A program made the translations under genes and the position numbers. A stretch of DNA of 63,101 nt, filler included, from Reticulomyxa filosa (taxonomy: Eukaryota; Protista; Foraminifera): NCBI GenBank assembly GCA_000512085.1. It is 15 parts of 15 records of this genome, joined end to end, with 100 filler letters (N's around TTAATTAATTAA, not from the genome) between each part and the next. Parts side by side here need not be neighbours in the genome. Positions count along the whole stretch, not along the records: positions 12,794 to 21,379 come from ASPP01013687.1; positions 21,480 to 22,550 come from ASPP01000483.1; positions 22,651 to 28,128 come from ASPP01036124.1; 12 more parts are not named here. One strand, 5' to 3'. Shown here piece by piece: positions 12,872 to 26,067 of this stretch (position 1 is the stretch's first letter; each line of letters opens with the position of its first letter). The notes beneath the pieces were generated by a model, which saw nothing but the letters and a program-made list of their open reading frames with translations, was not told where the DNA came from and did not search any database.

Positions 12872-13625
12872 TTGAAATCAACAACGAATACATTAAATGT
12901 AAACGATCACAAAGTTTTGCGAATGCTCGGAAAGTTTACCTTTTTGACAATGCTTACATTTTTGTCGACATTGCTGTTAGCGAGTACCACGCTGGCTAGA
13001 ATAGGTATTCAAAGCAACAATCCCGATCCACTCTTTTATTTTGTCATCGCGATGTTTGTCACCTGTTCTGCACTCAATTCCATTGGTTTAGTGGATTATT
13101 TGTCACATGCGCTTTTTTTGTGTGCTTCGTAGCATCTTATATACATACATATAGGGTGTATGTGTTGTGTACGTTGCAACTATATACATTTGAACCACTT
13201 TAACATGTACGTGTGAGATACTTACATGCAAAAAAAAATATATAAAAACAAAAATAGTGTTTTTTATGCAGTTTAAGTTTGCCGATCCCGTGTACCGATC
13301 AATTTGCAAACCCTGTTATCTATTGTTTTATCGATTTGACACCACTAGTACGTTAAACTGGTTGGAGAAAGAACGCAAATTGTCTGACAGACAACGGAAA
13401 ATATTGGACCAAAAACGCAAGGGATCTGCTGGGAAGAGCGCCAAAAGCATCAATATTGTGTCGGCAGTATCCACAGAAGAGTTACCAAGACTGGACAGCA
13501 ATAACGACTTATTCAGTACCGTCAAGTCTGTTCCCGCAACTGTTGAGGTGAGTTCTGAAATAGTAGGCTCTCAGGTCGCCTTTGTTGGCTATAAACCTGA
13601 AGTGAGCTCGTCTGGACAGCCTTAA
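12872..13625 (+). CDS. C-terminal part of a multi-pass membrane protein (possibly 7TM-like)
   Basis: Two hydrophobic helices in ORF 12872..13132, a probable intron, then YRSICKPC and a Ser-rich cytoplasmic tail (ORF 13257..13625). Confidence 0.5.
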
Positions 13626-14596
13626 ATAAAAAAGTTTCAAATAAAAAATATTCTTTGCTATCCTATTTCTACTCTTTCCCTTCCCTTTTTGTGGCCTCTC
13701 CATTTGTCGATTGAAACACAGCAAGAATGAAAAGGAGGTTGTCGCTTGTTCAGTTTAATAAACGAGCAATTTTTGTTATCTCTTGCGGAGATGTCCACTT
13801 GTGAGTATTGAAGTGTTTTTGAATTTCAAAAACATATTTACAATTTCTGTTTTTTGTTTATAAAAAAAAAGTAGGTTGCTCTAATTTGCTTTTGTTATGT
13901 TTTTTTTTCGATGGTGTTGTGATTGCAATTTGAATGACCATAATTTTTTTTTTTCTGTTTTGTTTGTTTGCTAAAATCAGCAAAGAGTTAATGATTTTGT
14001 TTTTTCCCTGGAATACCCTTCTTTCCCTTCAATACGTTGAACAAAAGAGTTAAACTTGATTCTGTAATAATGCCCTCGTTAAAGTAAATTTCTAGAAATT
14101 GCTAAAGTCAACCCGATACGTTTTAGAAAAATCCCTTGATTGTACAAAATATAAATAAGCAAACCAAATTTGCAACTTTTTCTGAGGTACACGTGAGAAA
14201 TAATCACTTTTTATTTATTAAAAAACGCCAAAAGTGTGCTCTCAATGAATCTGATAATTCCTGTTGAGCCTATAACACAAAAAAACTAAAGTTAGTTAGG
14301 TTTCCAAGTCTATTTGAAATTTGAAAAATTTCGTAAGGAAAAGAAATAAAATAAAAATATTTTAATTTCTTTTTATTTTTTATTTTGTATAAAACGTGCG
14401 CACACAATCGTCTCGCTATTTTTTACTATTTTTTTAATTCTCTTTTTATTAGTACTGGCCCAAACAAACTAAGTTGAGAGACGGCGTTTTTTTTCTGAGG
14501 GCAACATATAAAGGACTGGGGCTCTAGGAATTGTAATCATTAATATAAATAAAAAAACGACACATTCTTTCAATATTAGATTAATTCTTTCTAATA

Positions 14597-17500
14597 ATGA
14601 CAGGTATATAAAAATGATCGTTGATATTTTTTTTTGAGTCCACCTCTTTTTTTTTACTCACCTGTCCTCCAGAAAACTCGATAATCCGAGGTTGGAAGAA
14701 TGCACTCGCTGGATCAAATCACTTTCAAAAATATGGACTGGTGAGAGAAAAGTCAGGAGCACACGTATTATACCAAACAAAGTATTACACAGAGGAGCAA
14801 TTCAATGCAATCAAAAGAGACAAAATCCCAGTGTTATTTTTGTTTGGAGACAACGAGTTGGATAACAAGAGGAAAAAAAGAGTGGAAGCGAGGAGAGGCA
14901 CAGTAGGACAAGCGAGCGTAGCAGGGAAAGAAGGGTTTGAAGACATCATATCCTATGGGATCATCACCGTGTGGACTGCAGTTTCAAATGAAATGCGTTT
15001 TTTTTTTTAAAAAAACAAAAATAAATGAAAGAAAGATACAAAAGTCATTTCAACAATGTCATAAAGTTGTCATTTTGTGTTTTTATCTTTGCAATGAAAT
15101 ATTGGGGAGAAAGAATCACGCAATTGAAGTGAAAATCAAAACATGGGAAAGTGCATTCAAATACTTACTTTCACGAATCCAAGAAGGGTATAAACAGCTT
15201 TTTTTTTTTTTTTTTTTGAAATGTCAAGAGTATAGCAAATTGAAATTTTACAATTTTGGATTGATCAAAAAAAAAAAAAAACAGAGTGACGATTGTAGTA
15301 CCTTCTCCTTCTGAAAAAGAGATTAAATCCAATCAACAAAAATTTCTTGATTCAGTTACATTGCCCTATTTGTTTAGGGAATTCTTTGATTTTGTTGATT
15401 GATCACACGTATATATAATGCGTAATGCTTCAATAGCACGGCAAACAAGTTATATTTCACTCAATGGGCACTGGTATTGCAGGCGCTCCTTTGATTGATT
15501 TGCAAGTGTTACAGTCATTCCTCGATCTTTTGGTTGGTTTTCTCTATTCTCTTTTTCTCCTTCTTCATTCTTTTTTAAAAGACAACGGAGACGGAATTGT
15601 CATTGTGCAATGCAACTCGAAACAAATAGGAACAACAAATTGTGGACGCGAGACGAATCAATTGTGGCCTTTCGCAGTCAAAAAATGAGAAAATGTAAGT
15701 GACAACAGCCCAATGCAATATGAATGCACGTAGCATTTAACATGCATGCACAACAGCTAATGTACAAATGAAAGCTGTGTGTGTGTGTATGTTGGTACAG
15801 TGAATTTGAGCAACAAGACATAAAGAACTCGATGAGCAACAATGAAAAGACTAAATCGAATATCGACGTGCACAGTAAACAAAACACAGAGCTGCTCAAA
15901 TTGTTGGAAACAAAAGATCTACAAATCGACCAATTGCGAAAAGGATTGGCTCAATTGAAAAGTAACAAACAAGACTCTGTTTCAATATACAAAATACATT
16001 GTTCAAAATTGTCTTTTTCCAACAAAAATCAATTGTTTTTGTTTGTTTGAATTTTGAAAAAGGTATGTATACGACGGCATTGCAAGATCACACAAAGCAA
16101 CGTGAAGAACTGCGAAACGAGCTGTCGATAACACTGAGAAGTCAAGAAAACAACAAAATAAGTGAAAATGAAGAAAAGAAAGAAAAGGAACAAGAGAATG
16201 AAAAGATGAAAATGGCACAAGCAAAAAAAGAAGAAGAAGAAGAAGAAGCAGTGAAAAAGGAGTTGGATATACTAAAAGCGAAATACCGTGCACTGGAGCA
16301 AGAAAAGACGCAGTGGACGACAAGTGAGACAAACCGAATGCAAAACGAGGAAAAGAAATGGAAGCAGGCGAATCACGGCTTGCAAAAGCAAAAGGATGAC
16401 TTAAAACAGGAACTTGATAAAGTGACGCAACAAAAGAATCAGTTGATGCAAGAAAAGAATCAATTGGCACAAGAAAAGAATCAATTAACACAAGAAAAGG
16501 ATCAGTTGGTAAAAGAAAACAAAAAACTCGAACGAGAAAAGCAGAATCTCGAACGACAGAACAATGCTCTAACACAAAGCAATGAGAAGCTCGTGCAAGA
16601 GAACACTCAGCTGTCGCAGAACAATCACGACATAAAGAACGAGGACAACAATAAGAATGACGACATGAATCAAAAGCAGTTGCAAGAGATCCAGCGACTT
16701 AGACAAGAGAATAAGAGCCTTGTGGAGGAACACAAACGACTCAATACACTGTTGGCAGCGACTCCAGATCACTCCAAGCTCGTACAAGAGAACCAACGAC
16801 TTTGTGAAGAACATCGACAACTTGTGCACGAAAACAATAGCTACAAATCGCTGTATAGTATTACCAGGACATTGAAACAAAAAAATGATAGTTTGATCCG
16901 ACAAGTGTTGGATTTGAAACAAGAAAATGAGAGACTTACTTTGTTTCAATCTACACACACATTGTCTTCTAATCCTTTGTCTGTTATCAACTCTCCTACT
17001 TTCAATGTCCCCGCTTCTTCTTCTTCTTCTCTTGATGCAAGTTCACCCTCTGTCGACACAGATGTCACTGACTCGCAGCTCCTCGTGACAACCAGCGTCG
17101 TCACTCCAGGGAATGACCCTTTGCCAGTGGCAGCCAAGGCAAAATTGGATGACAATGATGCCCTTAGTACTGATGCACAGCCAAATGGTCATGACAACGA
17201 CAATATCAATCCACTTGTTTTATCAGCTCACGTCAGACAAGAGGAACGATCCTCGCCCGCAAAGCAACCGATTGCTGCAGATGCAGTCGCAGGTTTTTTT
17301 CTTACTCTTATCCATTGTGTGTGTATGTGTGTGTGTGGAAGAAAAAAAGAACATAACAAACATTGGACAGCCAGTGAAGTAGACCGGAAAGAACCCCAAA
17401 TGTTTTGACAATTCGTCTCCTTTAGTTTTATTTGTACAGATTGTAAATGGATTAATTTGTTGGACACACGCAATATCAATAAACACACATACAACAAAAG

Positions 17501-18626
17501 CCAAGATTCAATCATTCAATTGGAATTTGACAAATGGAATACAATATTCACAAAAGAAGCGAGACGATGCCCTTTATTTGTTTGGTGCCATCCTTCCTCC
17601 AAAAATCCACAAATACAAATTCTCTACAAACCGTCTTTATCGACGCAAGTCCACACTTTGGATGTTGGTGCAAAATTTACGTATCAAAACGAAAAAGACA
17701 CTTTCGAAGTCACCAAGCTCACTCCCACGACCGCCACTGAGACAAATCTTCGAACCAATCAAACCTCGTCAATTTTTTCCAAACAAAAAGGTTTTTATTT
17801 TATATTTGTATTTATTTTTCCCATCTACTCCAAAATCACGTACGTATGTATGCATAAGGCATTACAAATACTCCACCTTTGCCCACTTGGTGGTCGTACG
17901 ACTCTGTCGATACATCGGATCACTCCGTTCCTTGGCGTGATGTCACGGATGTCAAGACTGAACGACTCTCAGATGCACTGGAACAAGTGAAAACGCATAT
18001 CAGAGACAGTCACATTCAAACCGCTTGGCAGATTCAAAACATGGAGTTGTGGGCAGCTTATTGCTCCAACAAGTTGTCTTGGACCCATCATCAATTGCGT
18101 TCTGTCATCACTTTTGTGTTTGTGTATACAGCCATATTGCAAGTACTTTGTCTTTTTTTTATCTTCTTATGTAGCAAAGGAAAAAACAAATGAAAAGTAT
18201 CTTTGGCTCGGGACAAACGGCGATCAATGGAAGGACATTTGTACCCAAGTTTTGTTCCAATGAAATCCAAGCTACTTTTTCATTTTCAACACAATCCTTT
18301 TTTTTGTTGTCAAATCAATTACAATCAAGGGATTCCAAATCGATCAATATAACGAAGGCATGCATGGGCTGTATTTCTATCAAACGCCCGATCAAGCCTT
18401 GCAACATAAAGGCAGCGCAACTTCTGGAAAATTCCGCCACCTAATTTATGCTATTGTCCTGTGTGGAGAAAGTGATATTGCACCCTCAAGTACTCAGCAA
18501 CGGCCTAACAAACCCAACACATCAATCCCATTTGAGACATTGGTGGACGATCTGAAAAATCCAACCTTCTACGTTGTTGGTTTCCAAAACCAAGCATATC
18601 CAATTTTTTCATTTCAATTCCAATAA
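14597..18626 (+). CDS. Multi-exon protein: phage-type macro-like module + coiled coil + WWE-like segment + divergent PARP/ART catalytic domain
   Basis: Mostly phase-consistent GT-AG exon chain starting at ATG 14597. It links LFLFGDN..RGTVGQA..SYGIIT..TIVVP..MGTGIAG to the coiled-coil ORFs (15781, 15999) and then to LPTWW..IQNMELWAAY..NEKYLWLGT..ICTQGF..HGLYFY..VLCG..VDDLKNPTFYVV..QAYP. Confidence 0.8.
16428..16520 (+). repeat. 21-bp coding tandem repeat (heptad QEKNQLx, ~4 copies)
   Basis: caagaaaagaatcaattggca-like units encode QQKNQLMQEKNQLAQEKNQLTQEKDQLV. Confidence 0.85.
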
Positions 18627-19662
18627 TTAAAGACGAATATTCTACGTGAAGAAAAAAACTGTGCAAGATTACAAATAACATAAATGAATGTCCTTTTGTT
18701 TTTTATTCGATTAGAGGAACCAAATAAAGTAATCATTTTTGTGTGTTGGTTGTTCAACATTCAAATACAATTCTTTTAACGTGTAGGACTTAGAAGTAAT
18801 CAATATTGGTAAAAGAAAGGATTATTACTTTTTTTTTCTCAAGAGAATGTTAAAATTTGACATTGTTAAAACGAACTCTGTTTTTTCTCTATCGTCGCAA
18901 AATGCGAATAATTTAATAAAAGGTGTATTGCACGTGATATTCATTATTCTGGAAAATTGGCCAAAGCATTAAATTATTCTATTGCGTAAAATGTCCTTCT
19001 AATAAGGGATATAATAGAACACGTAGCTATTGTAGAGAGATGCAAGAAAGAGGGTTTTCTAAAGATTATTGGAGAAAAATGAAAGTGAATTTAAAAAAGA
19101 AAGAATAAAGAGTGTTCTCTCATTAAAGAGTTTGATTATTACAACTCTGGAGTCAGTTTGACTCTACACTATTGAAGTTTATGTTAATATGTATCTGTAT
19201 AAGTTCGTAATCAATTGATTTTCGAATTTATGAGACAAGACTGGAACAAATGTGAAGGTTTGAGGTATAGAGAATACACATATAATTAAAATTTTGTCAA
19301 AAGCACAGTATCATATCATATGGTTCATTTTTCGTTTTGGTTCTGTTCAATGGAAACGTGCTATTCCTTTTTTCCTCTTGCATCGTGTCTTGAAACACCA
19401 TAAAATCAAACTTTTCAAACATTTTAATTTATTTATGAAATCACATTTTTTTCTAAAATAATATCCACAATAAAAAAATGCAAATTTTGATTTTGGCGCG
19501 TAGAAGAACATCCTTTATGAAAACAAAGGATGAACGATTTTGAAGCTATGCAACTTCAATGGATGCATTTGTTGTGTTGAAGTGTGCTTGGGTCTTGGAA
19601 AGAACCTTTAAAAAGGAACTTTTCATGCAACTTCGCAATATAGAGAAATTTTTTCATCCAAT

Positions 19663-21379
19663 ATGACTTCTTTGCTGTCAACTCATGGACTTGATAATAA
19701 TGAGGACGAGCTAAAATCAAAAGAAAAAATAAAACGGAACTAACTAACAACGACAACAACGATAACAATGATAACAACGATAACAACGACAACGATCTAT
19801 TTAGTGATATAACATTAGATTTAGTAACAGCAACAAAAGAATTGATAGCATTACGCGAAACAAAAGGTAATCCATTTCCATCCTTTGTAAAAATAAAAGA
19901 GAAACCTCAATTGGTAAGTATGGTAGTAGTAAAAAGAGAAAAAACACAATGGGAATGGAGAACAATAATAACACACGTAATTCATCCAATGGGAACATTT
20001 CGAATAGCATGGGATTCATTTGTATGGCTATTATTATTGTATAGTTTGATTGAAGTACCATTTACATTAGCATTTGGAATTCCAACAAATTTATTTACAA
20101 CATGGTATGGTATTGTTAATTTTTGTATTTATGTTGTGTTAATGTTGGATATAGTATTGAATTTTCGAATGGCATATTTTAATAATTTTGAGCGTGGATT
20201 TCGAAGTGAAATTGTAACAAATCCAAAAAAGATAGCAAAAAAGTTAAGTAGAATAATATAAAATGAATAATATAAATAAATAAAAATAAAATATATTTAC
20301 ATCATATTATATAATAGATATTTAAAATCATGGTTTATATTTGATATAGCAGTATCATTACCAATTGAATTTATATTTAATAATAGTGATAATAATAATG
20401 CAACACCAGATTTACTTTTATTAAATAAAATATTTCGTATTCAAAGAATTTTTCGATTAAAAAAATTTATTCAATTTTGGTCACATTTTAAAAAAAATAG
20501 TTTACGATTTCGACGATTTTCAAATGATAACCGTGTATCTCTAATAATATCATTTTTAATGAATATACTTGTAAATCATATTGCTGCATGTATTTGGTAT
20601 GCATTAGGAAATTCAAGTAATCATTGGACTTGGATAGATGAACATGGCTGGCGTGAGAAAGGTATATCATTTTTATATACAAAATCATTATATTTTACAG
20701 CAATTGCATTTTATATTACTGGTTATGGTGATATTACACCTGTTAATCAAAATGAAATGGTATTTACAATGTTATTAATGTTATTAGGATTATTTTTATT
20801 TAGTTATTTTGTTGCAAGAGCAGCTATGTTAGTAGTAGTTGCTCGAGATACACAAAAATTAAATGAAAAAATGAATGAAGGATATGAATTTTGTCGATTA
20901 AAAGGTCTTTCTGATTATGATTCACAACAAGTATTAACAAATATTGAATATGCTTGTCGAAGTGATACTTTTGATGATGATTTACGTATTTGGCCAACTT
21001 TACCTCGACATATATTATTAAAATTAATTGGTGATGAAACAACATCTAAATATATTCGTCCTGCACGTATTATTGTTAAATCATTATTTGGTAAATGGAT
21101 TGATGATGATGAAATATTAGGAAGATTAGCATTACGAGTTAAATCAATATTTTGTATGGATTATTTATTTAATAAAGGAGATTATTTTAAAGCAATATAT
21201 ATTCATAATGAAGGATATTGTGTAAAATTTCAATATTATTCACGTAGTCGTTATCGTGAATTTACTGCAAGTAATGCTCATTTAATGAAACAAGGAAAAA
21301 AAAAATTAAAAGTAGAAGATGTAATGGGTGGTATTAAGATTCGAAAAGGAGATGTATTTGGAGGTATTATTATATATAT
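19663..21379 (+). CDS. Cyclic-nucleotide-binding-domain cation channel (KCNH/HCN/plant Shaker-like); 3' end truncated
   Basis: VIHPMGTFRIAWD, DIVLNFRMAY, an intron at ~20243-20318, YLKSWFIFD, S4 KIFRIQRIFRLKK, NHIAACIWY, pore GYGDITP, and a CNBD start LFNKGD..IY..G..KGDVFG. Start ATG at 19663 needs a 1-nt fix in an A-run near 19725. Confidence 0.9.
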
Positions 21380-21479
21380 NNNNNNNNNNNNNNNNNNNNN
21401 NNNNNNNNNNNNNNNNNNNNNNNTTAATTAATTAANNNNNNNNNNNNNNNNNNNNNNNNNNNNNNNNNNNNNNNNNNNN

Positions 21480-22550
21480 AACAAGTCAATTCAACAAATA
21501 CAAACAGATAATGAAATAATTAAGAAAGATTTAAATGATAAAGAAAAACAATTAACACCTAATTATGAGAAAATCATTAAAGAATTAAAAGAAAGTTATC
21601 AAAATGATCAAAAAGAAATTGAACAACAAAAACAATCAATTCATGTCAATTCATTTTCATCTTATACCTCATCAACTCATACTGTCAATTTTCAAACATT
21701 TCGTTCATCGTCCAAATTAATCAATACATTTAATGGACACACAAGAATTGTGAATAGTATTGACTATTCAACATTTGATGATCATCAACTTATTTGTTCT
21801 GGATCATATGATAATACAGTTCGTGTATGGAATGTAAATACCAACAAACGAATAAAATTATTCAGTGGGCATTCAGATATTGTGTCTTGTGTGAAATTTT
21901 CATCATATCACTATCATCATCATCGTCGTAATGTCATTTGTTCTTCATCACATGACAAAATAATTCGTTTTTGGTATATCAAAGATAATCAACAATTTCA
22001 AATATTTAATGAACATAATGGCAGTATTAATGGAATTGCATTTTTCGACATTTAATGGTGGTAGATATTTGTGTTCTGGATCTGGTGATGTTACTATTCG
22101 TTTATGGGATGTTGAATCATCAAAAATCATTACATGTTTTCAATGAACATCAAAATGCTGTCCAATGTGTTGATATTTCACCATTGCAAAACAATAACAA
22201 GAATAATAACAATAAAAGTAATAGTATTGGCGTGATTGGTGGTAATGGATATACAATTTGTTCTGGATCATGGGATAGAACCATTCGAATATGGGATATT
22301 GAAACAACCAAACAATTAAATGTATTCAAGGGACATGATAGTTGGATTTATAGTGTAAAATATGGATCAAATGAATTATTAAATACAATATTATCTGGGT
22401 CAAGAGATGAAAGTGTTCGTTTGTGGGATATTCGATCTGGTAAACAAATTCAAGTGTTCAATGGACATACAAGTGATGTTTATGCTGTTGAATATTCACC
22501 ATTTGTAGTAAATAATGATGAAATTAGTGGTAGTTCAAATGTGATATGTT
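21480..22550 (+). CDS. WD40-repeat protein fragment (frameshifted)
   Basis: Repeats FNGH..ICSGSYDNTVRVW, ICSGSWDRTIRIWD and LSGSRDESVRLWD. Frameshifts fall in homopolymers near 22045 and 22125. Both ends are cut by linkers. Confidence 0.92.
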
Positions 22551-23201
22551 NNNNNNNNNNNNNNNNNNNNNNNNNNNNNNNNNNNNNNNNNNNNTTAATT
22601 AATTAANNNNNNNNNNNNNNNNNNNNNNNNNNNNNNNNNNNNNNNNNNNNCGTGCAACAACTTGTTTTTGCTTGGCTCTTTTTTTTTGTTGCTGCTGCTG
22701 TTGTTATTATTACTGTTGTTATTGTTGTCATTGTTGTTTGCTTTCTTTTCTTCTTTTGCTTTTGGGTTCATTTTTGGAGAGGAAGGGGAAAAGGGGAGGA
22801 GGGGGGGAAGGAAAAAAAAACAATAACAATGACAGACATAATTTCTTTTTTTGCTTTTTTTTTAGCTTTCATTTCTTACGTTTTTTTGCAGATTTTGATC
22901 CGAGGAAAATACATCTTTTTTACATTTTTATTATAATTAAAAAAAAAACATACAAGCGAATGCACTCTATTTTCGGAATACTATCGTTCAGTAAGGTCGC
23001 TTTGAAAACGGGGTCGAACAATGCGCAAACTGTCACATGGAATAATTCCACATGTTGGTAACGACATCATCATCGTTTTCATTTTTTTTTGCAATTTCAA
23101 AAAGAGTGAAAAAAATACGGGCTATCTCCACTTTACAAAAAAAAAAAGGGCTTGTTAGAAATTTTGTTTGCTCTTTTTAAAGAAACAAAAAGTTCTCCAA
23201 C

Positions 23202-25525
23202 ATGTTTAATTATGCCTTCCAAAGTTTGACAGAATTACCCAATTTATTATCATGCTCACAATGTATTATGTTTAATGACGAAATCCTTGTTTGTGGAGGT
23301 TCTGAAACTAACGAGTGTTATTCGTATCACACATTGAAAAAACATTACAAATACATTTGTTCCTATCCCAATGATGTTAAATTTAATGGACATTGTGTGT
23401 TACAATGGAAACATTCACAAACCGAAGCAAATAAAATTCATTTATTATCATTTGGGGGACAAGGCAAAGATAAAATGAAACAAACATTCTCAATGACTTA
23501 CCAAAGTGTTTGGGATAACAATAGCTACCAAAGTGACGTCAAATCTGAGCCTGGTTCAGTTGTGCAAACACCCAACGTTTGGAATCGACATGAACAAGAT
23601 AGCAAGATTGGAACAATCGAAGATAATTTGGAGGGTATGCGTGGGTTGATTGGTGGGAAGAACAACGATTTATTGTTTATCACCCATAATCCACAAAACA
23701 TTGAAGTGATTGATTTGAAAATAATGAAATCTTTGACTGGTATTAGAAATAATATAATGCCAATAAAAAAACATGAATATGGAATTGGATATCATTGTTT
23801 TGTGCCATTGACAATGAATAATGAGAAAGTGATCAATCATTTCATATTATTTTGTCATAGCACAGGATTATTAATAAAATATGACGAACAAAACAAAGCC
23901 TTTGATTGTGAAGAATTACCAACTTGTCCTTATTTGCAACAGTTCCGCTCTTATTCATTTGTTTATTGTAATGATTGCATATTTACATTTGGGGGATTGA
24001 ACATTGCCACTTCTTGCAGATCCAAAAATGTGAGCATGTATTCAATGAAGGATAAAATTTGGAGCCAGTGCAATTCCACCTTGCCAAAAGAAACCAGCGC
24101 CACTTTTGCGCTTTTGGACAATAACAACATGAATGTTCACATAATTGGTGGGAGGAATACACAAAATAAAATACAAAAAACACATTTGAGAATAAACGCA
24201 TTCGAACTGTTTGAAAAATCGCAGTTGTACAAAATGGCAAATGCAAATGCTCAAGAAATTGTTAGGTTGAGAAAGGAGATTGAAAAAATGAAATTGGAAC
24301 GACCTTACGTGATTCCAATGGAACGTGTGCGGGAATATGCGAATGATAGGAAAGAGCAAAACGAAGTCATAAGTGATAGCTCAGAGGAAAAAATGCAAAC
24401 GGAAATGAAAATTTTTGAAAAGCAATTGAACGAATGGAAACAAGAAAAGAGAATTATATCGCATGAAATGGGTTGGAATGATATTTGGAGTTATGATGGC
24501 GCTTTTCAACAAATTAAAAACAAAGATTTGACTCGGATGGACAATATTTCTTCTTTTCTTAAAACCCTACTTATTTTTCGAAATTCTATCAATGTTTGTT
24601 TTTGTCTTTTGTTATTTGTTATATGTTATTATTATTATTATCATTAAGTATTCAAAAGATATATACATATGCACATATATGTATATCGCAGTTGAGCATG
24701 AATGCACAACAAAATATGGTAAAGAAATTACTGAAAGACAAAACGCAATAAAACAGCAAATTGCAAAAAAAATTGTGGAGAAAATGCAATTGAAAGAAGA
24801 GGCAGATGCTGCGGTTATGAGATATGGAACATGTATGGGAGAATATAACAACCTTTGTTTGATTGAATCTGAATTAAAATGGAAATTCAGCAAAACCAAC
24901 AACACATGATTCAAATTAACGAAACGAATGCTTTGAATGGCACGTTGTTGAAATGTTGTGACGAATTCAATATCAAATTGCAGCAATTGATTGAAGGCAG
25001 CCAAAAATGGAAAGAGAAACAATGGAGCGAGTTAGAAAAAAAATGGAGTGTATGGAATTCACAAGAAATTGCCATTTTCGTTGCACACACTTTGAAATGT
25101 AAAAAATCCAAAGTAAATTATTTCCATGAAATCATTGAAAGGAAGAGGCTTGATCGAACATCTCTATTGAAAATGTCAAAAAACGATTGGATGGATATAT
25201 TCAATTTGGAGACGTTTTCTCAAGCTTGTCTTATTCACGATTCATTTACTCAAATTTGTAATAAGTATCCTATTCATGTTATTGACTCTGCTGACAACAA
25301 TGCACAACAAGATATTCCAAAAGAGTTTTTATGTCCATTGTCCAATTGTATAATGAAAGATCCTGTCATTGCATTGGATGGAGTCACTTATGATCGATCA
25401 TCAATTCTTAATCGTTACCATACTTTTCCCAATGCTGCTATCCTACTCATGATGGACATTTAAAACTTTATCCTGATTTTGCATTGTTTCAAAAAATTCA
25501 AAATTTTTTGAAAATGTCAAAGTGA
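23202..25525 (+). CDS. Kelch-repeat + coiled coil + SAM-like + U-box E3 ligase (paralog A)
   Basis: Kelch motifs ILVCGG, LLSFGG, IFTFGG, IHIIGG-like; coiled coil; WNSQEIAIFV..LLKMSKNDW (SAM-like); U-box IPKEFLCPLSNCIMKDPVIALDGVTYDRSSI. Frameshifts near 24880 and ~25430. The true end DGHLKLYPDFALFQKIQNFL is inferred from paralog B. Confidence 0.85.
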
Positions 25526-26067
25526 AATGTGATAACTTTTTAAAAAAAAAAATTAGAGAAATTGTAAAAAATTTAAATTGAAGTTATTTGTAAAACATGT
25601 CACTATGTTTTTGTTATTGAAATTGAGTGTATTTCTATTTTAACTTAGAAGAGATTGTTATTTATTTTTGTTAGATTTAAACCTTTCACAATATCCCATT
25701 CTTCATTTATAATTTCTTTGCATTAATGGGACTGTTTGTGTATTGCATTTTAGTTGTTAGTGTTTTTTTTTAGATGATTTCTATTGATTCGACTAGCTTG
25801 TGTTACCTTTATTGGATAAATTAGTGTTGCAAAATGTTCTTGAATATTGTCAGTACTTTGTGAGAGATTGATTAATGACGTTCCCTGAACGAGTTGCCAA
25901 TAGAGAATAGATAAAAGCTTTTTTTTTGGTCAATTGGCCCTGAATTTGAACTGCTTTTCACACTTTTATCCTAATCTTTGTTTGAATTAGACAATAACTA
26001 AATTCTAATAAAACTACTTTAACAAATACGTGCACTAATGAACATTAATAAAAAAATAAATAAATAA

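Noticed and set aside
15583-15629. In-frame TAG within the macro-PARP gene
   Set aside because: It is the AG of a phase-0 splice acceptor; the following exon EQQIVDARR... is open.
16003-16575. Long antisense ORFs overlapping coding genes (also 31820.., 45479..)
   Set aside because: Shadows of biased codon usage on the true coding strand.
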